Below are positions 52,880 through 64,000 of a stretch of DNA of 64,000 nt, in pieces (within the stretch, counting starts at the first letter, position 1; the number at the start of each line of letters is the position of its first letter). The stretch comes from Octopus vulgaris (taxonomy: Eukaryota), in contig OX597817.1 of NCBI GenBank assembly GCA_951406725.2, positions 74,090,001 through 74,154,000 of the forward strand, in the 5' to 3' direction. The notes below the pieces were generated by a model, which did no database searches, had not been told where the DNA came from, and saw nothing but the letters and a program-made list of their open reading frames with translations. The position numbers and the translations under genes were made by a program.

Positions 52880-54735
52880 ATAAAATACGTACAGTTGAAC
52901 ACTAAAATTTCTGGCCTCGTGCTGACATTTGAAACAATTATTATTTTGGGCGGCGAGCTGTCAGAATCGTTAGAACGCTGGAGAAGATACCATTCAATAT
53001 TTTTTCGAGCTCTTTATTCAAATCCTGCCAGGGCTAACTGTCATCTTTCCATGATCGATAAAATAAAGTACCAGTCTAGGTACTAGTGTCGATGACATCG
53101 ATTGACCGCCTCATCTGGAAATCACTGGTTTTATGCCCTAATCAGAAACACTTGGCAGAATCGTTAGCACGCCGGGCAAAATGCTTAGCGGCATTTCGTC
53201 CGTCTTTACGTTCTGAAGTAAACTTTGCCTTTCATCCTTTCGGGCTCAAAATAAGTACCAGTTGAACACTGGAGTGGACGTAATCAACTCATCCCTTCCT
53301 CCAAAATTGCTGCCCTTGTGGCAACATTTGAAACTATTATTATTATTATAATTCAGAAGGTGGCTAGCTGGCAGAATCGTTAGCACGCCGTTACGTTCTG
53401 AGTTCAAATTCCGCCGAGGTCAACTTTGCCTTTCATCCTGGGGTCGATGTAATCGACTTAATTCCTTTGTCTGTCCCCTCTATGTTTAGCTCCTTGTGGG
53501 CAATAAAGAAATAAGAATCGTTAGCACGCCGGACAAAATGGTTTGCAGCATTTCGTCCGTTTTCACGTACTGAGTTCAAATTCCGCGGAGCTCGACTTTG
53601 CCTTTTATCCTTTCAGGATCGATGTAATCGCCTAGTCCCCTCCGTCAAAATTTCAGGCCTTGTACCTTAGGTAGAAAGGGTTATTATTATTGTTAAGGCT
53701 TCGAACTGGCAGAATCATTATAACAAGCTCGGGAAAAAAATGCTTAGAAGCATTTCGTCCGTCTTAAAGTTCGAATTCCGCCGAAGTCGACTTTGCCTTT
53801 CATCCTTTCGGGGTCCATGAAATAAACATCATTTGAGCTCTGGGTTCAATGTAATCGCCTTACCACTTGTCTCGAAATTGCCCTCTGTCTCGTAATTGCT
53901 AGCCTTGTGCTAAAATTTGAAACCATTATATTCTTTTAACTCAGATTTTGTTGGAACTCCTAGAATCTTGTATTAGCAATGGGCTTGCTACCTGTGGTAT
54001 CATGCTGTTTGTTTTCTTCTACTATCTAATATTTTCCTGATAACTCTGGTAGTGCCAATGAAGCAAAGATTTTGTAACAGTTCTACCGGACATTATATTC
54101 CCGTTCCCTTTACGTTCCGAATTATTATCATTAGTATCTTTTCGGGGTCGATAAAATAAGTAGCAGCTGAGCACTGTGGTCGATATAATCGACAAGTCAC
54201 CTCCCCCAAACTCTCAGATTGGAGGAAGGTATATTATTTAGAGTGTTGCATTGGCAGAATTTTTAATGTCGGGGAAGTTTTTTTTTGTTTTTTTTAATGA
54301 TCTTGCGATATTTATTCTGGCAATTTACGTCTTCTTCAAATCTCGTTGGGGTCAACTTTGCCTTTCATCCTTACAAGGTAGATAAAATAAAGTACAAATA
54401 TCGACAGACCCCTTTCCTTCAAAATTGCTGGTATTATACTTTAAATAAGCTATCTTTTTTTCATGTTGAACTTCTGTTGTCATATACGTCTTTTGTGCTT
54501 ATTATTTCTCAAATAACAAACGCGCTGGCAGAATCGTTAGCACGCCGAGCAAAATGCTTAGCGGCATTTCGTCCGTCGCTACGTTCTGAGTTCAAATTCC
54601 GCTGTGGTCGACTTTGCCTTTCATCCTTTCGGGGTCGATAAATTAAGTACCAGTCAAGTACTGGGGTCGATGTGATCGAATATCCCCCTCCCCTCTAATT
54701 TCAGGCCTTGTGCTCATAGTAGAAACGATTATTTC
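52880..54735 (+). mobile_element. head-to-tail array of at least 7 SINE family B copies
   Basis: Successive heads (GGCGGCGAGCTG.CAGAATCGTTAG) at ~52949, 53152, 53358, 53513, 53696, 54250 and 54521, mostly preceded by (ATT)n. Confidence 0.85.
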
Positions 54736-55364
54736 TCAAATCATACTAGCAACAAGCGATTTGGGAATCTGGGATGTGTTGTAAGACTAGAACAAAAAAG
54801 AAAAAGAAAATGAAACAATGAAAATGAACTTAACTTAGCACAATTCAGAGAAAATTTGGCAGAGATCGAGATGAAAACGTTTGTGCTGTGAATACCCAGT
54901 GAATGACTGAAGGGAGGAGAGAGAGGTGGAGGAGAATTCTCGACGACTTTTGAGTTGAATTACACATATAGGAATGAGAGCTGGCTATTTTGTCGTATGA
55001 CAACATAGCATTTAAAATGTCATTCTAACTAATAATAACGTTACAAAGAATTTCATTCTCTCTCAGTCTCCCTCTCTGTCTCTCTCTTTACAAGGCGTAC
55101 TGGTTAACACACATACATACACGAGCAGACATACACACGCATAGAGTATTTTTTTAGGCTTGTAAAAACTGTGACATGAAGACAATTGGAATATAGTGGA
55201 AATTCTAAGTTCAAATTACAGACCAAAAAGGACGATTATTCCTATTAACGTCAAGCACGGCAACACTTCTGATTGAACGTGATGTGTATTAGCGGACGTG
55301 TGTATGTGTGTGTGTGTATGAAAGAGAGAGAGAAAGTGAGTTGTGTGTATGTTATGTATGTATA

Positions 55365-55913
55365 TGCAGACATGGCTGTATAGTTAAGAAGCTCGCTTCA
55401 TAACCACGTAGTTTAGGGTTCAGTCACACAGCGCGGCATCTTGGGCAAATGCCGTCTCTAACTTCGGGCTGACGATTGATTTGCGAGTGAATTTTGTAAA
55501 CGGAGTAAAGTAAAAAGAATGTCAAGATCATTTATAATAATAAATATTATTATAATCGTTTTCTGAATCACTTTCACTCGCACTAGACTCGCGCACACCA
55601 TCGCTTGTAGACGCAATCGTCGATTCACTAGCAATCGTAGACGGACTTGTAGATTTCTTAAAAAAAAAAAAAAAACAAGTGTAAAGTTGTTTGCTTAGAA
55701 ACTTTTTTCTGTCTCTATAAACTTTTCGGTAATACGCAGAAGCGTTATGGTACCAGAAACTTTTGCACTTAGTTCAATATTTGGATCTTGTGCTTGAAAA
55801 ATAAATCTCGTAAAACGGGCCCTCGTAAAGTAATGTATTACTGCATACACATATATATTAATAATATAAATGATATAAATATATGCATATATACATACAT
55901 AAATGTACATACC

Positions 55914-55944
<31 letters not shown>

Positions 55945-56335
55945 GGGTACAGGACATATATATGGGTACAGGACATATATATATATATGGGTACAGGACA
56001 TCAAAAAAACGTTGAACACAATGAGAAACGAAGACATAAAAAACAAAAACATAGGAAACGAGCTTTTTTCGAACAACAAAAAAACAGATAAACGAGACAT
56101 ACAACATAAAGAATATTCCCCTTCTTCAGTTGTCCCTGTTTCATCTACTCCGCGTTGTAAAGGCAAGATATGTATTTGCGTCTTGTGTCTTTGTGTGTCA
56201 CCCACTACCGCTTGGCGACCGGCTTATTTATGTAGCCATAACTTAGCAAAAGTACCACTGATAGAATAAGTACAGGCTTATAAATAAGTACTGGAGTCGA
56301 TCTGTGCACTAAACCTTTCAAGGCGGTGCCCCACA
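55365..56335 (+). mobile_element. diverged SINE family A split by nested insertions (possible Tigger-like fragment ~55690-55843; Penelope-like end 55944-56165)
   Basis: Head at 55365-55510. The 3' half (CTTAGCAAAAG...GATAGAATAAGTAC...AAGGCGGTGCCCC) resumes at ~56170. Confidence 0.55.
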
Positions 56336-57599
56336 TTCCACGTCAACACTGATTGACGAGAGCTATGATCAGAGGCATTTCAGCTGCGACCATCTTGTCT
56401 TTTTTTCTATATGTTGTGAACCCGTGAGCACATTATCTAACGTGGCATTTTTTTCAAAGACGGTAGTGTATGGTTTGAGATAAATTTAACTGCTGTTTTC
56501 AGCAGGACGAGCTACCGGACCCTCCTTGTGAGTTGAGTGTTTGTGTGTGCGTGCTCGCGCACTCAGACCGAGATTATGTATGCATGTATGCATGTATGTA
56601 TGTATGTATGTATGTATGTATGTATGTGTATGTATGTGTATGTCTGTATGTATGTATGTGCTGGTGTGTATTCTTACGTTATTTTGTATTTTTACCGGTT
56701 TTCATCATTGAACCGCGGCCATTAGTTTGATCATAGGACTGAATTTAATTTGATACTTATTTTATAACTCCTTATTTTAAATGTGAATTACCATTTTGAA
56801 TCAACAAGGGTCTTCGTTTTAGAATACCCAATGCGTCAAGCGCATTACCACTCGCACGAATATATCTATATCTATCTATCTATCTATCTATCTACACACA
56901 CATTCTCAATGTATGTATGTATGTATGTATGTGCGTGTGCTTGTGTGTATTGTCCATGTGCTAATGGACAATTTCTGTCTACCATCTTTCTCTCATAAAG
57001 GTAGTGGTCCACTCGGAACTGTATTAGGACACTTACTAGTGTTCCACGTTGTAGAAATGAACTTGGAACTTGGCGAAGCGAAGTCCCCAATCATGTCAGA
57101 GAATGTGCGTGTGTGAGATGTGTGTGTATGTATGTATGTATGTATGTATGTATGTATGTATGTATGTATGTATATGTATGTCTAATATATATATGAATGT
57201 GTGTAGTGTGTCTTTGGTGGCAATGAAATGAAGAGATGATATTAGGTTTCAGGATAGATATTTAAAAAAAAAAAAACAACTTAATTCTGTCTGTGTTCTT
57301 GACTTTTGGTTCATGGAAGACTGACAGAGAAAAAGAAATTTAATATGACTAGCGTTTAACTCACGAAATGATTTAAGTGAAAGCATCTGAAGAGAGTAAA
57401 AAATGACTCTTCATATTTTGAAAAAGATATCTTTCGTATCCATATTTTCTATTTCGTTTTTCTAGTGTTCTTCCTTCCTTCATTTCGTACTCTTCACCCA
57501 CCCACTCCTACCTTTTGTTATTTTTGCTTTCGTTGGAACCTTAATTAGTTTTGAAAATTATTTATTATTATTAGTTGTATTAGGATTATCATTGTTTTA

Positions 57600-57980
57600 A
57601 CGGCATTTCGTTCGTCTTTACGTTCTGAGTTCAAATTCCACCGAAGTCGACTTTACCTTCCATCTCTACGGGATCGATAAACAAGTACCATTTGAAGACT
57701 GGGGTCGATGTAATCTACTTGTCTCCTCCTCCGAAATTGTGGCCTTGTACCAAAGTTTGAAAGCAATATTATTATCATTATTGTCGGCGAGCTGGCAGCA
57801 TAATTAGCATGCCGGGCAAAATGCTTAGTGGCATATCGTTCGCCTTTGCGTTCTGAGTCCAAATTCCGCCGAGGTCATCTTTTCGAGGTCGATAAATTAA
57901 GTTCCAGTTGAGTACTAAGGTCGATGTAATCGACTATCCCCCACCCCAAAATTTCTGGCCTTGTGCCTATAATAGAAAGG

Positions 57981-58030
<50 letters not shown>

Positions 58031-58115
58031 GGCAGTTAGTTGACAGAATCGTTAGCACGCCGGGCGAAATGCTTAGCTGTATCACGTCTGTCTTTACGTT
58101 CTGAGTTCAAATGCC
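57600..58115 (+). mobile_element. three tandem SINE family B copies joined by (ATT)n
   Basis: Copies at ~57600-57765, 57784-57980 and 58029-58115. Confidence 0.85.
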
Positions 58116-58859
58116 CAGTTTATATTTCATTTGAGTTTTACTATGTTTTAAGTAGATAATTAGTTAATTAATGAGTAAATTAATTTATTAATTGAACCTT
58201 TAAAGTTCTTTCGTCACAGCTTGCAATCTCGTCGATGACAGTATTTCACTCTTACACTTTTCCACGTTAACACACATCCCTTACTCTTTCTTCGTTGCTC
58301 TTTGTCGTGTGACCAATGATAATTTTCGTTCTGCTATTCATATTCACATTGTGTGTGTGTGAATGACTTTTTAAATTAGGGCTGGGTGGTGGGTTGTGTG
58401 TGCCTTCGTATGTGACGGAGAATTTCGATGTTTGTGTGAAGAGTGTAGGGCGGAGATGATGGTTGTTGATTTGAAATGTTAATCTTTGAACTTCTTGACT
58501 TCATTACATAAGTATGTAATATATTCGTATATATGAATGTGTGTATTTGTTGTTGTAGTTGTTTATTGTCTTTTCGTGTCCTTTGTGACTTGTCATTTAT
58601 CACTTTGTGCATATGTATATATACACGTGTGTGTATACATCCCTCCACCACTACACACACATATTGGTTTCAAATTTTGACACAAGGCCTGCTTTTTAGA
58701 GCGAGGGTTTCAATCGATTACATCGTCCTCATTGTTCAACTGGTACTTATATTATCGACCCCCAAAATGATGAAAGACTGATGAAAAACCACTAAGCATT
58801 TTGCTCGGTGTGCTAACGATTCTACTAGCTCGCTGTTTTTATAACTATCTATCTACCTA

Positions 58860-58933
<74 letters not shown>

Positions 58934-59138
58934 ATTGAAAAATCTTACGAAAGTAGATGAGTCCTCTGTTGGTTTTCATGAGTATTTTAGCTGTCCGATC
59001 ATTTGAACTTCCTTCATCAGTTAGCTTCTAAGTGGTTGAGTATTCCATAGACATATGTACTTTTATTTTACGTAACTCTCTATCGGAATTAGCTAAATAT
59101 AACGTGTTAGGAAGGTCAACTTCAACTACCTTCCATAC

Positions 59139-59307
59139 CAATGCTACTCAAAGTGGTGGTCCGCGAGCCATCAGCTGCCGGTACGCGGCGAATTTCCAGA
59201 AAAGAAACATTATAAAATTAATGTCACTAAGAAATATTACCAGTCTTTGGCACATTGGAAAAAAACAAACTGCCGTTACGCCACATCAGATAGTTTGAGA
59301 AGCACTG
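59139..59307. mobile_element. hAT (MER5/Charlie-like) MITE
   Basis: TIR CAATGCTACTCAAA / TTTGAGAAGCACTG with perfect 8-bp TSD TTCCATAC (59131-59138, 59308-59315). Confidence 0.88.
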
Positions 59308-60763
59308 TTCCATACGACAATCATTTTCAAGTTCCTGTCTACTCAGCTTAACTCACGTAGCATTGGTAGACGAGGGGCAAATGTAGAATACACGTGTCCA
59401 AGGTAGTATGCTGTGGGATCATAACCGGGACTTCATGAAAGTGAAGTGAATTTCCTCCGTTAAAGTCCCCCAAGGTGATGTTAAGTTTACCATTTAAGAA
59501 AACAAAAACTCTTTCTTTTCTTCTAACATTGATTCACACAGTTTCTGTCTATCAAATTAAGAACTTGCTGGTCTCTTTGGTCGACCCGGGGCTATACTCG
59601 TAGTGGAACGAACTTGCCCCAGGCCCCAGTACAGTTAGATCGAGCAGGACACTGTTGTCGCAAAGCAGATCTTTTACTTATACAGATGTGCCTGCGTCCG
59701 TTAAGGAGATTATGAAGCATGGATAAAATTTTTTGTCAATTAATTAAGAAAAGATTACGTTTAATAAATTACATTTAACACGTCTCTTCAGGATGAAAAC
59801 GAAGAACTTGCTTTTTGGATGTTTTTAAGAGATTACAATTCGCGATATTGAAACCATAGAATACTTGCACTAAATGCTTTGCAGTAATTTAGGTGCCCAA
59901 CAGTTGGGCTGAACTCAAAAACACATGACTGCAAAGCGAGCTTCTTGACTACACAGCCGTAACTGGAACTTTTTTTATCGATCGTGAAAGCATGAAATGC
60001 AGTTTGACCTCGACGGAATTTGAACACAGATCACAGAGAATCGAGAGTTGTAACAAGTATCACGAGCTATTCTGTCCGATGCCGTTACGACTCTATCACT
60101 TCATCGCCTTAAATGTCATTTGAGATGGACGTAACGCATTTCCGAAGACAGATGGATCGCTAACCTTTCAGGTTGTCCATTATCTCCCCTGTCCGTTTGG
60201 CCATCTGTTTTTACCCTATCTACACCTTAATGACCATTAGTAATAAATGTCTTTTGTTAAGGACATATATAATAATTTAGCTTACTTTCTCTTTGAAATA
60301 TCACTTTTAACCTGATAATAGTGTTATCAAGGAAAATATCTTACATTCAGACTGTTATCATCTCATTCGTTATATCACTTTTCATATATGTGAGTCAATG
60401 TATGCGCTTGAGTGCGCAAGCGCATTTATATATCTGAATGTATATGTGTACACACACAAACACATGTATATACACACTTACCTATATTTGTGTGCGTGCG
60501 TATATATATATATATGTATGTATATATTTATACGCACACACACACACGCACACACACACACGCACACACACACACGCACACACACACACGCACACACACA
60601 CACACACTGTATATATGAGGTTCACTTTTCTCGTTTATTTGACTTAAGTGAACATTAAGTTATATCACCGACTACCTATTTAGTTGTTGTGCACTGTGAT
60701 TAAATCTCACTATCTCGCTCAGATGAACTCAAGTTGTACTGCTTAGGCTCTAGTGCCTCTCTT

Positions 60764-60794
<31 letters not shown>

Positions 60795-63289
60795 CTGTGT
60801 GTGTGTGTTAGAGAGAGAAACAATAAAAGTAACAAAAACAAAATGCAAAAAATAAACGGAAAAAAAGAAGCGCTTTGCTGCTGGGAATGGTATGTAGGAA
60901 AACATTTGCTTCTTTGATGAGACATCTACTTACAAAGTACAAACATAATCACAGCTCTGCTTCAAGGGTTGTTCGAGTTTTATACTATAAGGAGCTTGCC
61001 TGGTGGAGAAGTTGGGTATGGATAAAAGGAAAATAATCATGTATTATAAAACGAGTTACGTATGTTAGTGAGTGTGTGAGTGCATGTGTGTGTGTGTTGA
61101 TTCCAAAGGCATGTCGTCTCGTCTTGGTTCTGGATGGAAGAATGGTTGGCCGGCGTCAAGAAAAAAAATTTGAGAGAGAGAGATATGGAATGTAGCAAGT
61201 AATGAAGTGTGTGTGTGTGTAAGAGATGGAGATAGATAAATAAGATGAGAGGAGATAGAGAAGAAAATGGAAAGATAAAGAATTAGAAGAAGGAAAGACT
61301 ATAAACGGAAATGAGAAAACGTTGGTAATACCCTTTCTCTTTCGTCTTGAAGGACGGCTAGTCTTTCATTGTTGCTTTGCGCTCAATGAAGTGGAGAGGC
61401 AGACATGGATACGTGAAGGAATATGCTACTGAAATGTATTCTTTCCACATTAATATTATATTTTTGTTTTAAATATATTGTATGTCAGTATTTATGTTTC
61501 AGTTTAATACTTTTTGACCATATTAAAAGAGCAGTAGATTTTGACATATGTAGCCAAATATAGCAAGCTGAAATACTTCGATCAGCTAAGATTATTCAAG
61601 ACGTTAGTAGACAAAACCTCCTTTAGGGGTGTTCATATTTAAAAACAACCCACAAGGGGGATAACGATAAGCTCATTTAGACCAGATATTTTTGAAAATA
61701 TAAGCGATGTTGATTGAAGTGGATCTTCGATACAACAACCATCAGAAGAACTGCTTTCTGATCTTTAGCTACCTATTTTTTATATTTTGAGTTCAAACTT
61801 TCAGCCTTCCGAGGTCGGTTAATGAATGGAGCACCAATGAAATAATATTGAGGTATTTTTATCCCACCCACCGAGGTCGATGAAGCTGATTATCAGTGGA
61901 TTAGTGAGGATTAATCATATCAACTATACTTATTGCGTATACTCTACAAGACAAAAAGAAAAAAAATTTTCCAACCTCTAAGAGCCGGTGGATGGCTGAA
62001 ATGATATGGCCCTAGATAAAATGTCTTACAGTATTTACTTACGTTTTATAAGGCTCCAAGTTCAAATCCGTCGAGGGCTATTTAGCTGTTTATACTTTCT
62101 GGATCACTAAAATAATTTACTGTCCGAGTGTTGAATAAATTTACTCGTCTGTGCCCTTTCTTTTGTAAATTTGTAGCATATACCATTGACCGTCGTCTAC
62201 GGATTCGATAAAATAAATACTTGTCTTGTAGTTGGACGATTTGATTGACTGTATTTGTTTCCAATAACCGTGACCGTTCATGCCACTGTTCGGAATTAGA
62301 TCTCAATGTTACCTTATTTGGTGGCATTAAGACACTTTTTTTCAAATAAATCTCTCAAAAAGTCACCCCAGGTCCTATATGCGAAATTGGGCCTATATGA
62401 ATGACATGCTATGCACTAGCAACTTTTCCTTCCGTACATGTTGAAATTCGGGTGTGTTTAATATACCCATGCATCTCTTATGGCCACCAATTACGGTGTA
62501 TTCCTGTCGCGGTGGACTCTTCTTTCTAGTTTTAGAGCTTGATGAAACAATCAAGAACCATTTTTTATACACCAATATATCCGGATTATTGTCTTTATCT
62601 TTGGTTTTATAGTCACAACACATCGGATTTTGTACCCTTTGACCTTCTTCAGGTACCTGTCGTATATAGGAACGTTCTTGGATAACGCCTTCTGTTGTCC
62701 TAACATAGGCATGGACACTATACAAGAACCTTTATGAACGAATATTAAACATCAGACCGTAAAAGAGATATATTTAAAGCTTCTATTTTCAGTCACCTAA
62801 TTTCTCTGTGGCACAATGGCATAATGATTTGTCTGTGACGCGTACGTAGAATTAATAGTTCGGCAATAATTAATATAAAAACGGACAACAAAGCGAGGAC
62901 TATCAACCACATAGATGGAGTGAAGATTTCGGCTTGGAATGGCGAGAAATTCTCGAATGCGACTGATGTTTGAAGAAAGCTGGATAGTACAGTTGCCGAA
63001 GAGTTGTAGCAACAGCAGCCAAGCTGAGGGCCCTAGCACCAATATATTAGTGTATAAAAATAATTTCTCATTTAAGAAATTTAGACAAAAATTAAAGAAT
63101 AGTCGTGTTCTGAGGCTGATTCAATCGACTATTCACTCTCCGAAACAATTTATAAATCAACATTATGTATTTTTCACACCTAAAGCCAGCGGCGTGGCAG
63201 AAGTTGTACAATGCCATAATAAATGACTTATGGTATTTTCTTTCGCTCTCTATATAGAACATTATTTATTATCTCTAGTTCCAGGACTC

Positions 63290-63512
63290 ATTGGTCCGGT
63301 TGCCCGGCTCCATGGTATATAAGTGATCTAGATCACATTCCTCTGAACGGGACATCAGTCTGTCGCAAGGTTACTCATTTACAGCTGAGTGGACTGGAGC
63401 AAGGAGAAATGAAGTGTTTTTCTCAAGAACACAACGCACCACTCGGTCCGGAATCGAAATTACGATCTTGCGACCGTGAGTGTAACAACCTAACTACTAG
63501 GCTACGCACTTT
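63290..63512 (-). mobile_element. tRNA-derived SINE, family D (V-domain-like body)
   Basis: Minus strand GCGTAGCCTAGTAGTTAGG...TTTCGATTCCGG...GTGTTCTTGAGAAAACACTT...GCTCCAGTCCACTCAGCTGTAAATGAGTA. A related degenerate copy lies at ~36130-36260. Confidence 0.6.
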
Positions 63513-63554
63513 CACTGGCCTTATATTCTGACTTCAAATCTTGGGTGACACTTT

Positions 63555-63960
63555 CAGTTGCATACTGTGCTCACATTTGAAATGGTGCTACTACTGCTGC
63601 TGGCAGAAGACATCCTAGATGGCATCCAAAGAAAGCCCAGCTGATTGATTAGCACGAAGCCATTCACCAACACACTTCAACGTCTGGTCCCTACACGGAC
63701 TATCTCCTCTTCCCGCCTATTCAACCGCAACTACAACAGCCTCTACTCTCAGGAACCGGCAGGTCTTCCCACCTCCACTCGGGCACTTCCTGACTCCCTC
63801 ATCTCTCCTCTTACCATCACCCTTGTATCTTCGTACTAACCACCACATCTTGTCCGTCCAGTCCGTTTTCCTTAGAACTCCCTCTCTCTGGAATTTCCAC
63901 TCTGCACATATCTTCCCTGCAGTCAACGATGTGTAAGAGGCATCAGTTTCACCAGTCTTG
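63555..63960 (+). pseudogene. LINE RT C-terminal remnant (CR1-Zenon/Jockey-like)
   Basis: YCAHI*NGA...ILDGIQRK...TLQRLVPTRTISSSRLFNRNYNSLYSQE...FLRTPSLWN (EYCSHIW...LDRIQRK...LFYRYY..CS.EL...RT..LWNSLP pattern). Confidence 0.7.
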
Positions 63961-64000
63961 GAGAGCCTACGAAGGTCGTGGACACTGCTCTTTCTTCCAA

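Noticed and set aside
52312-52905. Protein-looking ORFs (125, 81, 77, 63 aa) and paired CCAAT-like motifs
   Set aside because: The DNA resolves into 2-3 degenerate tandem copies of the family X repeat (GGCTGCTAGTTTTAGCA etc.). No domain or splice evidence.
52880-54735. Regularly recurring motifs suggestive of a CRISPR-like array
   Set aside because: Units are ~200-bp diverged SINEs in eukaryotic DNA, with no constant repeat/spacer period and no cas genes.

Overview
This is AT-rich, microsatellite-dense eukaryotic genomic DNA. Its repeat landscape (tRNA-derived SINEs with internal (TA)/(TG) tracts, Penelope remnants, an R4/Dong LINE, mariners) looks like a coleoid cephalopod, probably Octopus; that is an inference from repeat style, not a search result. 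Most ORFs in the supplied track are microsatellite or SINE artefacts. One host exon is recognisable and is absent from the track in its true frame: the first coding exon of a TMTC2-like protein O-mannosyltransferase (27429-27523, +, MEHYYPTLVITGAAAFLLYINTFDADFAYDDS|GTGAGT). Everything downstream is probably its >36 kb first intron. Mobile elements include a 5'-truncated R4/Dong retrotransposon in a (TAA)n tract, three mariner copies, a pogo fossil, an internally deleted Helitron with intact termini and a 685-codon open frame (nine 23-aa STPR-like repeats, no catalytic core), hAT and mariner MITEs, Penelope remnants, LINE ORF1 and RT fragments, and at least four SINE-like families. Three minimal type I hammerhead ribozyme folds can be read by eye on the minus strand. 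There is a cluster of fold-back inversions at 19.8-21.2 kb and a 100-N gap at 16624-16723. I see no clearly new multi-gene system. The best leads are the STPR-only Helitron, the hammerheads, an out-of-frame upstream AUG at the TMTC2 start, and the SINE-tail/Dong target relationship.
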